This document shows, piece by piece, positions 8,125 through 17,421 of a DNA stretch of 64,000 nucleotides; position 1 is the stretch's first letter; every line of letters begins with the position of its first letter. The stretch is from Nitrospirota bacterium (lineage in GTDB: Bacteria; Nitrospirota; Thermodesulfovibrionia; Thermodesulfovibrionales; JdFR-88), in assembly GCA_021789935.1 (NCBI GenBank), contig JAJYIR010000010.1, positions 3,065-67,064 of the forward strand, in the 5' to 3' direction. The notes beneath the pieces were generated by a model. The model worked only from the letters and a program-made list of their open reading frames with translations, ran no database searches and was not told the origin of the DNA. The position numbers and the translations under genes were made by a program.

Positions 8125-10203
8125 ATGTCGGAAAAGATCGAGGAAAATATTACAGGAAAAAAGTCTGGAACCATAAAAGTAAAGATAAACGGCAGGGAGA
8201 CGGAGGTGCCGGAGGGCGCGAACCTTATCCAGGCCGCGGAGCTTGCCGGCGTGCACATACCGAACCTCTGCTATCTCAAGGGAATGAAGGGCATCGGCGC
8301 CTGCAGGCTCTGTCTGGTCGAGGTCGAGGGCATGAAGGCGCCCCTTACCGCCTGCACCACCAGAGCCAAAGACGGCATGGCGATTACCACGAGCAACGAA
8401 AAGATTGACGAGGTCAGGAAGTTCGTGATAGACCTTATCCTCTCGATGCACCCCCTGGACTGCATGACCTGCACCAAGGCCGGCGTGTGCAGCCTTCAGG
8501 AATATGCCTATGAAATGGGAATCAAAGAGTCCTCCTTCACCAGAAAGAAACAGGGCTATGCGGCGGACGATGCAAACCCGTTCATAAAAAGGGACCCCGA
8601 ATATTGCGTCCTTTGCGGCAAGTGCGTAAGGGTCTGCAAAAGCCAGGGCACAAACGTGCTGGAATTCATGGGCAGGGGTGTGGGCTCAAAGGTCATAACG
8701 GCTGAAGACAGGCCGCTGCAGGAGTCCGGATGCACGTTCTGCGGAAGCTGCGCGGATGTGTGCCCGGTAAACGCGCTTCTTGATGCCGGCATGTGGCGCA
8801 AGGGAAGAGAATGGGATTTTGAGGGCGTCAATTCGACATGCCTGCTTTGCGGCAACAGCTGCGATATAACTGTAAGCACAAAAGACGGCAGGGTCATGAA
8901 GGTAAACGCCGGCCCGAATTACGGCCCGGCGGAGCGGTACATCTGCGCGTACGGAAGATACGGGTTCGATTGCATCGAGGCGGACTCCAGGATAACCGCA
9001 CCCATGAAGCGCGTGGACGGTGAGCTTAAGGAGACAACATGGAAGGACGCCATCCAAACGGCCGCAGACAGGCTGAAGGCCGCTGGCAAGGACGCGGGCT
9101 TCATAGCCACCGCCGGTTTGCTCAATGAAGACGCCCTGGCGCTTAAAAGATTGGCGGAGGGGGCCGGTATATCCAATGCCGATACGACGGCAAGCCTGTA
9201 CTCCACCGCAGAGACGCTTATGTCGGACAGCGCGGACAGCCTTGAATCCGCCGATCTCTTCGTGGTCGTAGACCTGTATCCCGACCAATGGAAAAGGGTG
9301 CTGCCCGGAATTGACGCGGCGATAAGAAAGAGGCTGGAGGCGGGGGCCGGGCTCGTTGTCATCAACAGACGGGAGTCCTCGCTTTCCGCAGTCGCGGCGG
9401 TAAACCTGGCTGGCAGCGAGGCGGATTCCCTGAAATCCTTCGCGCAGGCACTGATCGGCACAGGTCTGAACGGGGCCAGGGAGCTTTTTTCCTCCGCAGT
9501 CTCCGGCGTGGCCGCAGACGAGGATGCAGGGAAGGCCGCGGACCTGTTTGCCAAGGCCAAAAACCCGGTCGTTCTGTCCTCACCGGGCATGTATTTTGCG
9601 GCCGCGAACCTGGGCCTGCTCAAGGGCACGGCCGTTTCGGTCCCGGCAGAGAGCAACGCAAAGGGCATTGCGGCCATAGGCCTGCGCGGGGCCGGAAAGT
9701 CTTATGAAGAGATGGTCTCCGGCGGCGTCATGGCGCTTTATGCCGTTGGCGAGGTGCCTGTCAATGAGCGCCCCCGGACTGGCTTCCTCATTGTCCAGGG
9801 CTCACATATGACGGAGCTTGCCAGGCAGGCGGATGTGGTGCTTCCCTCTGCGGCATACCTTGAGGCTGACGGGACCATAGTCGATTATCTTGGAAGGCCC
9901 AGAAAGGTTTGCAAAGCCGCTGAGCCCGCGGGCGTTGCGAAGCCCCACCGGACGATATTTGCACAGGTGGCGGAGGCAATGGGGCTGGATATAAAAGGGT
10001 CCTGCGCCGGACTTTCGGAGGCAGAGAAAAATCCCGCCTCCGCTGCCCGGACGGCCAAAAAATTCAGGCCCTTTGAGCGCATGGCCTTCGATCATATGGA
10101 GGGTTTCGATATGACGCCGAAGGAGATGATGGAGGCCATGAACGCCGCGGTAATAAACGGCTCCAGGCTCCTTTGGCTCAAGGAAGCGAAGACCAGGGCA
10201 TAA
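8125..10203 (+). CDS. NuoG/HoxU-like Fe-S subunit with a truncated, apparently non-catalytic molybdopterin-oxidoreductase-like domain
   Basis: 692 aa. N-terminal [2Fe-2S] (GACRLCLVEV), His-ligated cluster motif HPLDCMTCTKAGVC, CVLCGKCVRVC, CTFCGSCADVCP, MopB-type CLLCGNSCD. Where formate dehydrogenases carry (Sec/Cys)-His, the sequence reads ISNADTTASLYS. Confidence 0.75.
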   Translation: MSEKIEENITGKKSGTIKVKINGRETEVPEGANLIQAAELAGVHIPNLCYLKGMKGIGACRLCLVEVEGMKAPLTACTTRAKDGMAITTSNEKIDEVRKFVIDLILSMHPLDCMTCTKAGVCSLQEYAYEMGIKESSFTRKKQGYAADDANPFIKRDPEYCVLCGKCVRVCKSQGTNVLEFMGRGVGSKVITAEDRPLQESGCTFCGSCADVCPVNALLDAGMWRKGREWDFEGVNSTCLLCGNSCDITVSTKDGRVMKVNAGPNYGPAERYICAYGRYGFDCIEADSRITAPMKRVDGELKETTWKDAIQTAADRLKAAGKDAGFIATAGLLNEDALALKRLAEGAGISNADTTASLYSTAETLMSDSADSLESADLFVVVDLYPDQWKRVLPGIDAAIRKRLEAGAGLVVINRRESSLSAVAAVNLAGSEADSLKSFAQALIGTGLNGARELFSSAVSGVAADEDAGKAADLFAKAKNPVVLSSPGMYFAAANLGLLKGTAVSVPAESNAKGIAAIGLRGAGKSYEEMVSGGVMALYAVGEVPVNERPRTGFLIVQGSHMTELARQADVVLPSAAYLEADGTIVDYLGRPRKVCKAAEPAGVAKPHRTIFAQVAEAMGLDIKGSCAGLSEAEKNPASAARTAKKFRPFERMAFDHMEGFDMTPKEMMEAMNAAVINGSRLLWLKEAKTRA

Positions 10204-10219
10204 GAATTTTGATTTTTTT

Positions 10220-10249
10220 AATCCGCCCCCGTTTACCCGGGGGCGGATT
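10220..10249 (+). terminator. Strong GC-rich hairpin between the nuoG-like gene and acsB
   Basis: AATCCGCCCCC-(gtttaccc)-GGGGGCGGATT, an 11-bp perfect stem starting 17 nt after the stop. It is flanked by a T-run on the 5' side and an A-rich run on the 3' side, so it is not a textbook + strand intrinsic terminator. Confidence 0.45.
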
Positions 10250-10473
10250 AAATAAAAATCCCATTGAATTTTTCCCCGCCGCCCTCTCCGCGCGTGTGAA
10301 ATACTATTTTTTTTTCTTATTTGTCCATAAGCAGGAATTAGTCACTTTCTTTTTCTGTTATATAATAATAGCTTGGTAAAAAGTTGATTTAGAAAGAAAG
10401 GCTTTTGTAAAATAGATACAATCTGGATGTGGTATCTAATTCCTGTCGAGGATAGAAGGAGGTCGGGGGCAAT

Positions 10474-12672
10474 ATGTCCAAGATAATCGCCACAGCGGCG
10501 ATAAGAGGCGCCAACCGGTTATACAGAGAAGCCGAGGAGTTGCTTGAAAAGGCGATAGCTGAAAAAGGTGAGGGGCACCAGTTTGAATTTGTTGACACCG
10601 CTTTCTATCTTCCTATGATATACGCGATGACAGGCTTTCCGGTTAAGACGCTTGGGGACATGCGGACCGCCCTGGGGTTTGCACGGAAGCTTTTGCATGA
10701 GGAACCCTCGGACCATGTATGGAAGCCGTACCTGGGCGAGGCCCTGGATTCCGGAATGGCCAGCCTTTTTGCCGAGGAGATATGGCTTGCGGCAAGGACC
10801 GTCCTTGGGCTTGAGCCATCCGTTGATCCCGAAACGGGGTATGTCTACAACGGGTTTATAACCGACACCATACAGAGGAACCTGGGCATTCAGCTTGTTG
10901 ACGGCACGATGCCCGGTTTTGCGGCCATCATCGGCGCTGCGCCGGATGACGATACGGCCGTCAAGATAGTCTCCGAACTCCAGGAGAAGAACATCCTCAC
11001 ATTCCTTTCCGGCCATGTCAACGGAAACAGCGTAACCAAACAGCTTTTAAGGAAGGGCGTTGAGCTCGGCTGGGACACAAGGATCGTCCCTCTTGGGCCT
11101 GACACCCGGCACACCCTTTATGCGCTGGACTGGGCAATAAGGGCCTCCCTCATCTTCGGCGGCAAAAAGCCCGGGGATTACAAGGAGCACCTGAAATACC
11201 AGAAGGACAGGGTGTTTGCATTTGCCATGGTGCTTGGAGAGCTTGACGACATAATATGGACAACCGGGGCCGGGGCCATAAACATGGGCTTCCCGGCCGT
11301 TGCCGATACCGATATCCCGGTTGTGCATCCGACCGGCGTTTGCATCTATGAGGAAGTTGACAAGGAATTCGACCACAAGAAGATAGTCCAGAAGGCGATA
11401 GAGGTGAGGGGATTAAAGATCGTGGTTGAGAAGCCCCCGATACCGGTCTCTTACGGCCCGGCCTTCGAAGGAGAGAGGATACGCAAGGAGGACATGTTCA
11501 TAGAGTTCGGGGGCCAGAAGACCCCTGCCTTTGAATGGGTCCGCATGCGTGAGATGGAAGAGGTCGAGGACGGCAAGATCACCATCATCGGCGAAAACTG
11601 GAAAGAGCTCTATGAAAAGGGCGGCAGGATGCCCCTCGGGCTCGTGATAGATGTGGCCGGCAGGAAGATGCAGAAGGACTTCGAGTCTGTCATTGAAAGA
11701 AAAGTGCACCATAGCATAAACGAGGCACAGGGGCTCTGGCACATGGGCCAGAGGGACTTGAACTGGATAAGGATAAGCAACGCGGCAAAGGGAGCAGGCA
11801 TAACCCTGGAACACCTCGGGCAGATATTTTCCACCATGATGAGGCATACGTTCCGTTCCATCATAGACAAGGTGCAGGTCACCATCTATACGGATGAGAA
11901 GGAAGTCCTTGCGGTGAGGGACGAGGCCAGAAAGGCCTATACCGAGAGGGACAAGCGGCTTGGTTCGATGACTGACGAGTCGGTGGAGACTTTTTATTCC
12001 TGCCTTTTGTGCCAGAGCTTCGCCCCAAGCCACGTATGCATCATAACCGCGGAAAGGCTTGGCCTCTGCGGGGCGTACAACTGGCTGGACGCCAGGGCGG
12101 CCTTTGAGATAGACCCCACCGGCGGCAACCAGCCGGTTCCGAAAGGGCAGTTGCTGGACCCGAGATACGGCCGCTACACGGGCGTTGATGAATACCTTAA
12201 AAAATCCACCGGCGGCGCGGTGGAGTCCCTGAACCTGTACACGATAATGGAAAACCCGATGACTTCCTGCGGCTGCTTCGAGTGCATCATAGCCATAGTG
12301 CCGGAGGCAAACGGGGTCATGATAGTGCAAAGGGGGCACCAGGGAATGACGCCTGCCGGAATGAAGTTTTCCACCCTGGCCGGCTCCGTCGGAGGCGGCA
12401 TGCAGACCCCGGGTTTTATGGGCATAGGCAGGAACTTCATCACAAGTAAAAAGTTCCTTGCCGGAGACGGCGGCATAAAGAGGATAGTCTGGATGACCAA
12501 AAACCTCAAAGAAAGCCTGAAGGAGTCCTTCGATGCCAGGGCCGCCGAAGAGGGCGTGCCAGGGCTTCTGGACATGATAGCGGATGAGACCGCGGCTGAG
12601 GATTCCGAAAAGCTCTTGGAATATCTTTCAGGTACGGGGCATCCGGCGCTTGGGATGGACCCGATGATATAA
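10474..12672 (+). CDS. acsB: Acetyl-CoA synthase catalytic subunit (ACS, AcsB/CdhC)
   Basis: 732 aa, colinear by eye with Moorella ACS alpha (FYSCLLCQSFAPSHVCIITAERLGLCGA, LYTIMENPMTSCGCFECI, MQTPGFMGIGR, GHPALGMDPMI C-terminus). Confidence 0.9.
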   Translation: MSKIIATAAIRGANRLYREAEELLEKAIAEKGEGHQFEFVDTAFYLPMIYAMTGFPVKTLGDMRTALGFARKLLHEEPSDHVWKPYLGEALDSGMASLFAEEIWLAARTVLGLEPSVDPETGYVYNGFITDTIQRNLGIQLVDGTMPGFAAIIGAAPDDDTAVKIVSELQEKNILTFLSGHVNGNSVTKQLLRKGVELGWDTRIVPLGPDTRHTLYALDWAIRASLIFGGKKPGDYKEHLKYQKDRVFAFAMVLGELDDIIWTTGAGAINMGFPAVADTDIPVVHPTGVCIYEEVDKEFDHKKIVQKAIEVRGLKIVVEKPPIPVSYGPAFEGERIRKEDMFIEFGGQKTPAFEWVRMREMEEVEDGKITIIGENWKELYEKGGRMPLGLVIDVAGRKMQKDFESVIERKVHHSINEAQGLWHMGQRDLNWIRISNAAKGAGITLEHLGQIFSTMMRHTFRSIIDKVQVTIYTDEKEVLAVRDEARKAYTERDKRLGSMTDESVETFYSCLLCQSFAPSHVCIITAERLGLCGAYNWLDARAAFEIDPTGGNQPVPKGQLLDPRYGRYTGVDEYLKKSTGGAVESLNLYTIMENPMTSCGCFECIIAIVPEANGVMIVQRGHQGMTPAGMKFSTLAGSVGGGMQTPGFMGIGRNFITSKKFLAGDGGIKRIVWMTKNLKESLKESFDARAAEEGVPGLLDMIADETAAEDSEKLLEYLSGTGHPALGMDPMI

Positions 12673-12739
12673 GCGCGCCCGAGGGGCGTGTATAGCCAAA
12701 AACTGAAAAAGAAAAAAGGCACCGGAGGAAAATTTTTCT

Positions 12740-14728
12740 ATGGACCATAAAATAAAGAGCGCGAATGAAGCCGCAGAGAAGATAATCGAGTGGGGTGAAT
12801 CTCAGGGACTGGTCACCTGTTTTGAGAGGGCCGAGAAGATGAAGCCCTGCCCGATAGGCGAATCCGGGGCATGCTGCAAGGTTTGCCATATGGGGCCCTG
12901 CAGGCTTGTGGGCGCCAATGCCGAGGAAGAGGCCAGGGGTGTTTGCGGCGCAAACGTCTCAACGATAGCGGCCAGAAACTTCCTGAGGATGGTTGCGGCC
13001 GGGACGTCGGCCCATTCGGACCACGGAAGGAGCATGGCCCTTACCCTGCTTGCCGTGGGAGAAGGGAAGGCAACCGATTACGATATAAAGGACCCCGAAA
13101 AGCTCCTTCGCATGGCGTCCATACTGGAGATACCGGTTGACGGCAAGGAGATAAAGGAGGTCGCAAGAGTCGTTGCCCTGAAGCTGCTCGAGGATTTCAA
13201 CAGGATAGACGGACAGCTCAATTATGCCAAGCGCGCCCCCCGGAAGACCCGTGACAGGTGGAAGAAATGGGGGATAGAGCCCCGCTCCATAGACAGGGAA
13301 GTGGTGGAGGCCATGCACAGGACGAACATGGGCGTGGATCACGATCCCGATCATCTCCTGCTGCATGCCTTGAAGACCTCGCTTGCCGACGGGTGGGCGG
13401 GCTCAATGATATCCACCGATATTTCAGACGTGCTGTTCGGAACGCCCAGGCCCGTACGGGCCCAGGCGTCCTTCGGCATTTTCAAGGAAGACGAGGTAAA
13501 CGTCGTTGTGCACGGGCATGAGCCCACCCTTGCCGAATCCATTGTGGACGTTGTCTCCGAGCCTGAGCTCGTGGAGTACGCAAAATCCAAGGGGGCCAAG
13601 GGCATAAACCTCGGCGGTATGTGCTGCACGGCAAACGAGGTGCTAATGAGGCACGGGATACCGACCTCCGGCAGCTTCACGAACCAGGAGCTTGGCATAA
13701 TGACGGGGCTGGTGGACGCCATAACGGTAGACGTGCAGTGCATAATGCCGGCCATCGTGGAACTTTCAAAGAAGTTCCACACCAAGGTCATAAGCACATC
13801 GGAAAAAGCCATGACGCAGGGCGCGGTGCACATTCCCTTTGATGAGCACCATGCCAAGGAGTCGGCAAGAAAGATGGTGCGCATGGCCATAGACAACTTC
13901 CCGAACAGGACGAAAAAAGGCAAGTACGTGGAATCTGACAAGGCTCCGGTGATAGCCGGGTTCTCACATGAGTATATAGAATACATGCAGGGCGGAAAGT
14001 GGCGCGCCTCCTTCAGGCCGCTCAATGACGCTATAATGGCGGGCCGCGTACGCGGCATCGTGGGCCTTGTGGGATGCGACAATCCCAGGCTGCCCGCGAG
14101 CGGATATTTCAAGTCCCTTGCGATTGAGTTCATCAAGCAGGACGTCCTTGTGGTGACCACCGGATGCGGCGCTGGCGTTTACGGTGCGGCCGGGTACCTT
14201 ACCCCGGAGACCGCCCGTGAGCACGCGGGGCCCGGGCTCCAGGAAGTCTGTGAGGCCATAGGCATACCGCCGATACTTCACATGGGCTCCTGCGTCGACA
14301 ATTCAAGAATACTCACCGTCGCATCGGCCATGGCGGCCGAGGGCGGGCTTTCGGATGAGATAGGCGGGATGCCCGCCGTGGGTATCGCCCCGGAGTGGAT
14401 GAGCGAGAAGGCCATAGCCATAGCCTGCTACTTCGCGGCCTCAGGCGTTCCGGTTATATTCGGAGGCGGACAGTCCCCGGTGGCGGCCAGCAAGGAAGTT
14501 ACGAACATCATGACCAATGTGTGGTACGAAAGGTTCATGGGCAGCCTGCATTTCGAGAAGGACCCGGAAAAGGTGCTGTCCCTTGCCCTTGAGTACATAG
14601 ACAAGGCCAGGGCCGCCCTGAAGCTCAAAAAGTACGAGCCAGGCAGGTTCGGCACGGAGCGCGTGCTTATGGACATGGCAGCAAGAAGAGACATCGGGAA
14701 AGCCGCAAAACCGCACATAGGCCTTTAA
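12740..14728 (+). CDS. acsA: Ni-dependent carbon monoxide dehydrogenase catalytic subunit
   Basis: 662 aa. N-terminal Cys-rich cluster B/D motif (CPIGESGACCKVCHMGPCRL), HGHEP, GMCCTANE, VGCDNP, GSCVDNSR blocks typical of CooS/AcsA. Confidence 0.9.
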   Translation: MDHKIKSANEAAEKIIEWGESQGLVTCFERAEKMKPCPIGESGACCKVCHMGPCRLVGANAEEEARGVCGANVSTIAARNFLRMVAAGTSAHSDHGRSMALTLLAVGEGKATDYDIKDPEKLLRMASILEIPVDGKEIKEVARVVALKLLEDFNRIDGQLNYAKRAPRKTRDRWKKWGIEPRSIDREVVEAMHRTNMGVDHDPDHLLLHALKTSLADGWAGSMISTDISDVLFGTPRPVRAQASFGIFKEDEVNVVVHGHEPTLAESIVDVVSEPELVEYAKSKGAKGINLGGMCCTANEVLMRHGIPTSGSFTNQELGIMTGLVDAITVDVQCIMPAIVELSKKFHTKVISTSEKAMTQGAVHIPFDEHHAKESARKMVRMAIDNFPNRTKKGKYVESDKAPVIAGFSHEYIEYMQGGKWRASFRPLNDAIMAGRVRGIVGLVGCDNPRLPASGYFKSLAIEFIKQDVLVVTTGCGAGVYGAAGYLTPETAREHAGPGLQEVCEAIGIPPILHMGSCVDNSRILTVASAMAAEGGLSDEIGGMPAVGIAPEWMSEKAIAIACYFAASGVPVIFGGGQSPVAASKEVTNIMTNVWYERFMGSLHFEKDPEKVLSLALEYIDKARAALKLKKYEPGRFGTERVLMDMAARRDIGKAAKPHIGL

Positions 14729-14812
14729 AGCGTGGCTTTAAGAGCGCGGTTTTTGCTTTGGTAGGAGTTATTCGAGGTATGGAAAAACAGATGGGCCGGA
14801 GGAGGGCGAAAT

Positions 14813-15649
14813 ATGCATAAGATTATCGAAAAAAAGCTGCTTCGCCCCCCTGATGTATTTTTCTACAAAATCAGCGCCCCGCTTGTGGCCGCGAAGGCCA
14901 AGGCCGGGCAGTTCGTGATAATCAGGCTCCATGAGAAAGGCGAAAGGATACCCCTTTCCCTGGCCGGCATAGATGCGGCCGAAGGGACAATAAGCCTTAT
15001 AGTTATGGCTGTGGGCAAGACGACGGGCGAGATGGCAACCCTTGAGGAAGGCGGCGAGATAAGGGATGTCTGCGGTCCTTTGGGAAATCCCACGCATACG
15101 GAAAACGCGGGGAAGGTAATCCTCGCGGGGGGCGGGTTCGGGATAGCGCCGCTTTATCCCATAGGCAAGGCCTTCCGCGAGGCCGGAAGCAACGTGGCCG
15201 CGCTGATGGGAGCAAGGAGCAAAAGCCTTCTGATATACGAAAACGAGATGAGAGGCATAAGCGACAAGGTCCTGATAACTACCGATGACGGCAGCGCCGG
15301 CATGAAGGGCATAATCACCGACGCGCTCAAAGCGGAGCTTGAGGCCTATGGGGCGGACACGGTGATGGCGGTAGGCCCGGCCCCGATGATGAAGGCCGTG
15401 TGCGAGGCCACCAGGCCGTTTGGAGTGAGGACCATCGTGAGCCTGAACGCTATAATGATAGACGGCACCGGCATGTGCGGCGGCTGCCGCGTGCGTGTTG
15501 GCGATAAGACGAAATTCGCCTGCATTGACGGGCCGGACTTCGATGGGCATCTTGTGGACTGGGACTGCCTGATAAACAGGCAGAGGATGTACAAGACGGA
15601 AGAAAAGGAGTCGTTTGAGGACTGGAAAAAACGGCATAATCTGCCCTGA
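14813..15649 (+). CDS. nfnA: NfnA-like / sulfide dehydrogenase-type FAD and [2Fe-2S] subunit (PyrK-like)
   Basis: 278 aa. FNR-like fold sequence with C-terminal GTGMCGGCRV...C cluster motif. Immediately upstream of a GltD-like partner. Confidence 0.75.
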   Translation: MHKIIEKKLLRPPDVFFYKISAPLVAAKAKAGQFVIIRLHEKGERIPLSLAGIDAAEGTISLIVMAVGKTTGEMATLEEGGEIRDVCGPLGNPTHTENAGKVILAGGGFGIAPLYPIGKAFREAGSNVAALMGARSKSLLIYENEMRGISDKVLITTDDGSAGMKGIITDALKAELEAYGADTVMAVGPAPMMKAVCEATRPFGVRTIVSLNAIMIDGTGMCGGCRVRVGDKTKFACIDGPDFDGHLVDWDCLINRQRMYKTEEKESFEDWKKRHNLP

Positions 15650-15685
15650 GAGGGAGCAGAGGAACGAAAAATAAAAAATAAAAAT

Positions 15686-17098
15686 ATGGCTGAAGAGAAG
15701 AAGACCCCAAAGAAATTGAATCCGAAACGGACCCCGGTGCGGGAGCAGGACCCCGCGCTTCGCAGGCGCAACTTTGAGGAAGTGAGTTTCGGGTATGGCC
15801 CGGAAGAAGCGGCGCTTGAAGCCGGACGGTGCCTGGGATGCAAGAACAAACCATGCGTTGCCGGCTGCCCGGTGGGCGTGCCGATACCTGAGTTCATAGC
15901 TGCCATGGTGAATGGGGATTTTGCGGAGGCATACAGGATAATCAGGAGCGCAAATGTGATGCCGGCTGTCTGCGGCAGGGTATGCCCGCAGGAAAACCAG
16001 TGCGAAGGGGCCTGCACCCTCGGTAAAAAACATGAGCCGGTGGCAATCGGCAGGTTGGAGAGGTTTTGCGCTGGCTGGCAGATGGAAAAAGGCGGTGGAG
16101 CAAGTTCTGAGCCCGCGGCGTCCACCGGTATGAAGGTGGCGGTTGTGGGCAGCGGCCCCTCCGGTATAACATGCGCGTACGACCTTGCGCGACTGGGCCA
16201 CACGGTCACGGTGTTCGAGGCCCTGCACGAGCCTGGCGGGGTGCTTTTCTACGGTATTCCGGAATTCCGCCTTCCAAAAAAGATAGTGGCCGGGGAGATA
16301 GACACGCTCAGGCAGATGGGTGTCCGGATAAGGACGAACTCGGTGGCCGGCAAGCTTGTCTCCATGGAGGAGTTGATGAAAGAATTCGACGCCTGCTTCA
16401 TAGGCGTTGGCGCGGGACTTCCCAGGTTCATGGGCATCCCCGGGGAGGACTTGAACGGGGTCTATTCCGCCAACGAGTTCCTGACGCGCACCAACCTGAT
16501 GAGGGCCTACAGGTTTCCCGAGTATGATACGCCCATAAAGACGGGAAAGCGCGTGGCGGTAATAGGCGGCGGCAACGTGGCCATGGATTCCGCAAGGACA
16601 GCGATGAGGCTTGGCGCGCAAGAGGTCACGCTCGTTTACAGGCGCTCGGAGGCGGAGCTTCCCGCCCGCGCCGAGGAGGTCCATCACGGAAAAGAAGAGG
16701 GCCTGCGTTTCGAGATGTGCACACTTCCCACAAGGATAATAGGCGAGGGAGGATGGGTGAAGAGCATCGAGTGCGTACGCATGGAATTGTGCGAGATGGA
16801 CAAATCCGGGCGGAGACGCCCCAATCCGCTTGCGGGCTCTGAATTCGAGATCCCGGTGGATACTGTAATAATGGCTATCGGCACCGGCGCAAACCCTCTT
16901 CTGACCGGGACTGCCACGGGGCTTGCTTTAAACAGGGGGTATATTGTGGCGGACCCTGAAACCGGCAAGACGAGCGTTCAGGGCGTTTATGCCGGGGGGG
17001 ACATCGTAACCGGCGCGGCCACGGTGATCTCGGCAATGGGTGCCGGGAGAAAAGCCGCCCGGGCCATTCACGAGTACCTTTCCTGCATGAAGCGCTAA
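15686..17098 (+). CDS. nfnB: NfnB-like / glutamate synthase small-subunit-like NADPH-dependent oxidoreductase
   Basis: 470 aa. N-terminal CLGCKNKPCVAGCPVGV...C Fe-S motifs and two Rossmann motifs (VVGSGPSG, VIGGGNVAMD). Confidence 0.8.
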   Translation: MAEEKKTPKKLNPKRTPVREQDPALRRRNFEEVSFGYGPEEAALEAGRCLGCKNKPCVAGCPVGVPIPEFIAAMVNGDFAEAYRIIRSANVMPAVCGRVCPQENQCEGACTLGKKHEPVAIGRLERFCAGWQMEKGGGASSEPAASTGMKVAVVGSGPSGITCAYDLARLGHTVTVFEALHEPGGVLFYGIPEFRLPKKIVAGEIDTLRQMGVRIRTNSVAGKLVSMEELMKEFDACFIGVGAGLPRFMGIPGEDLNGVYSANEFLTRTNLMRAYRFPEYDTPIKTGKRVAVIGGGNVAMDSARTAMRLGAQEVTLVYRRSEAELPARAEEVHHGKEEGLRFEMCTLPTRIIGEGGWVKSIECVRMELCEMDKSGRRRPNPLAGSEFEIPVDTVIMAIGTGANPLLTGTATGLALNRGYIVADPETGKTSVQGVYAGGDIVTGAATVISAMGAGRKAARAIHEYLSCMKR

Positions 17099-17408
17099 AA
17101 CTTTTTTCCGGGTTTCAGCTTTTTATGCCAAAAAAAGGGACTTTAGTTCCATTCATCTTTTTTTTGCCTTTTTTGCCTTTTTTGCCCTTTTTGTCTTTCC
17201 CTGCCGGTCTTTTGCCCTGACCCGCAAGAAACCGCGGATCAATATATCGGAGCTGGAAAAAAGGGCCCATGAAATGATCAATGCTGAAAGACGGGATGCG
17301 GGCTTAAGGCCTCTTGCGCTGAACAAAAAACTGGCCGCCATTGCCCGGGAGCACAGCCGCGCTGCGCGCTTGTTTGCGGACGCGAAAGGTTCTTTTTTAA
17401 ATCAATAA
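17091..17408 (+). pseudogene. Decayed CAP/SCP (YkwD-like) domain gene remnant
   Basis: Open frame ...KKRDFSSIHLFFAFFAFFALFVFPCRSFALT...ELEKRAHEMINAERRDAGLRPLALNKKLAAIAREHS... has a signal-peptide-like start plus about the first third of a CAP domain, then stops. The only upstream ATG (17125) is one frame off across an A7 run (17130-17136). Confidence 0.35.
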
Positions 17409-17421
17409 GCTATAATTACCG

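Noticed and set aside
8125-10203. Annotating the 692-aa Fe-S protein as a formate dehydrogenase alpha subunit
   Set aside because: The MopB-like part is too short, and the Sec/Cys-His active-site position reads ADTTASLYS. NuoG/HoxU-like is the better description.
14768-16687. 639-aa ORF on the minus strand
   Set aside because: Entirely antisense to the well-supported nfnA/nfnB genes. Its R/H/P/G-rich low-complexity composition, with no recognisable motifs, is typical of a spurious antisense frame in GC-rich coding DNA.
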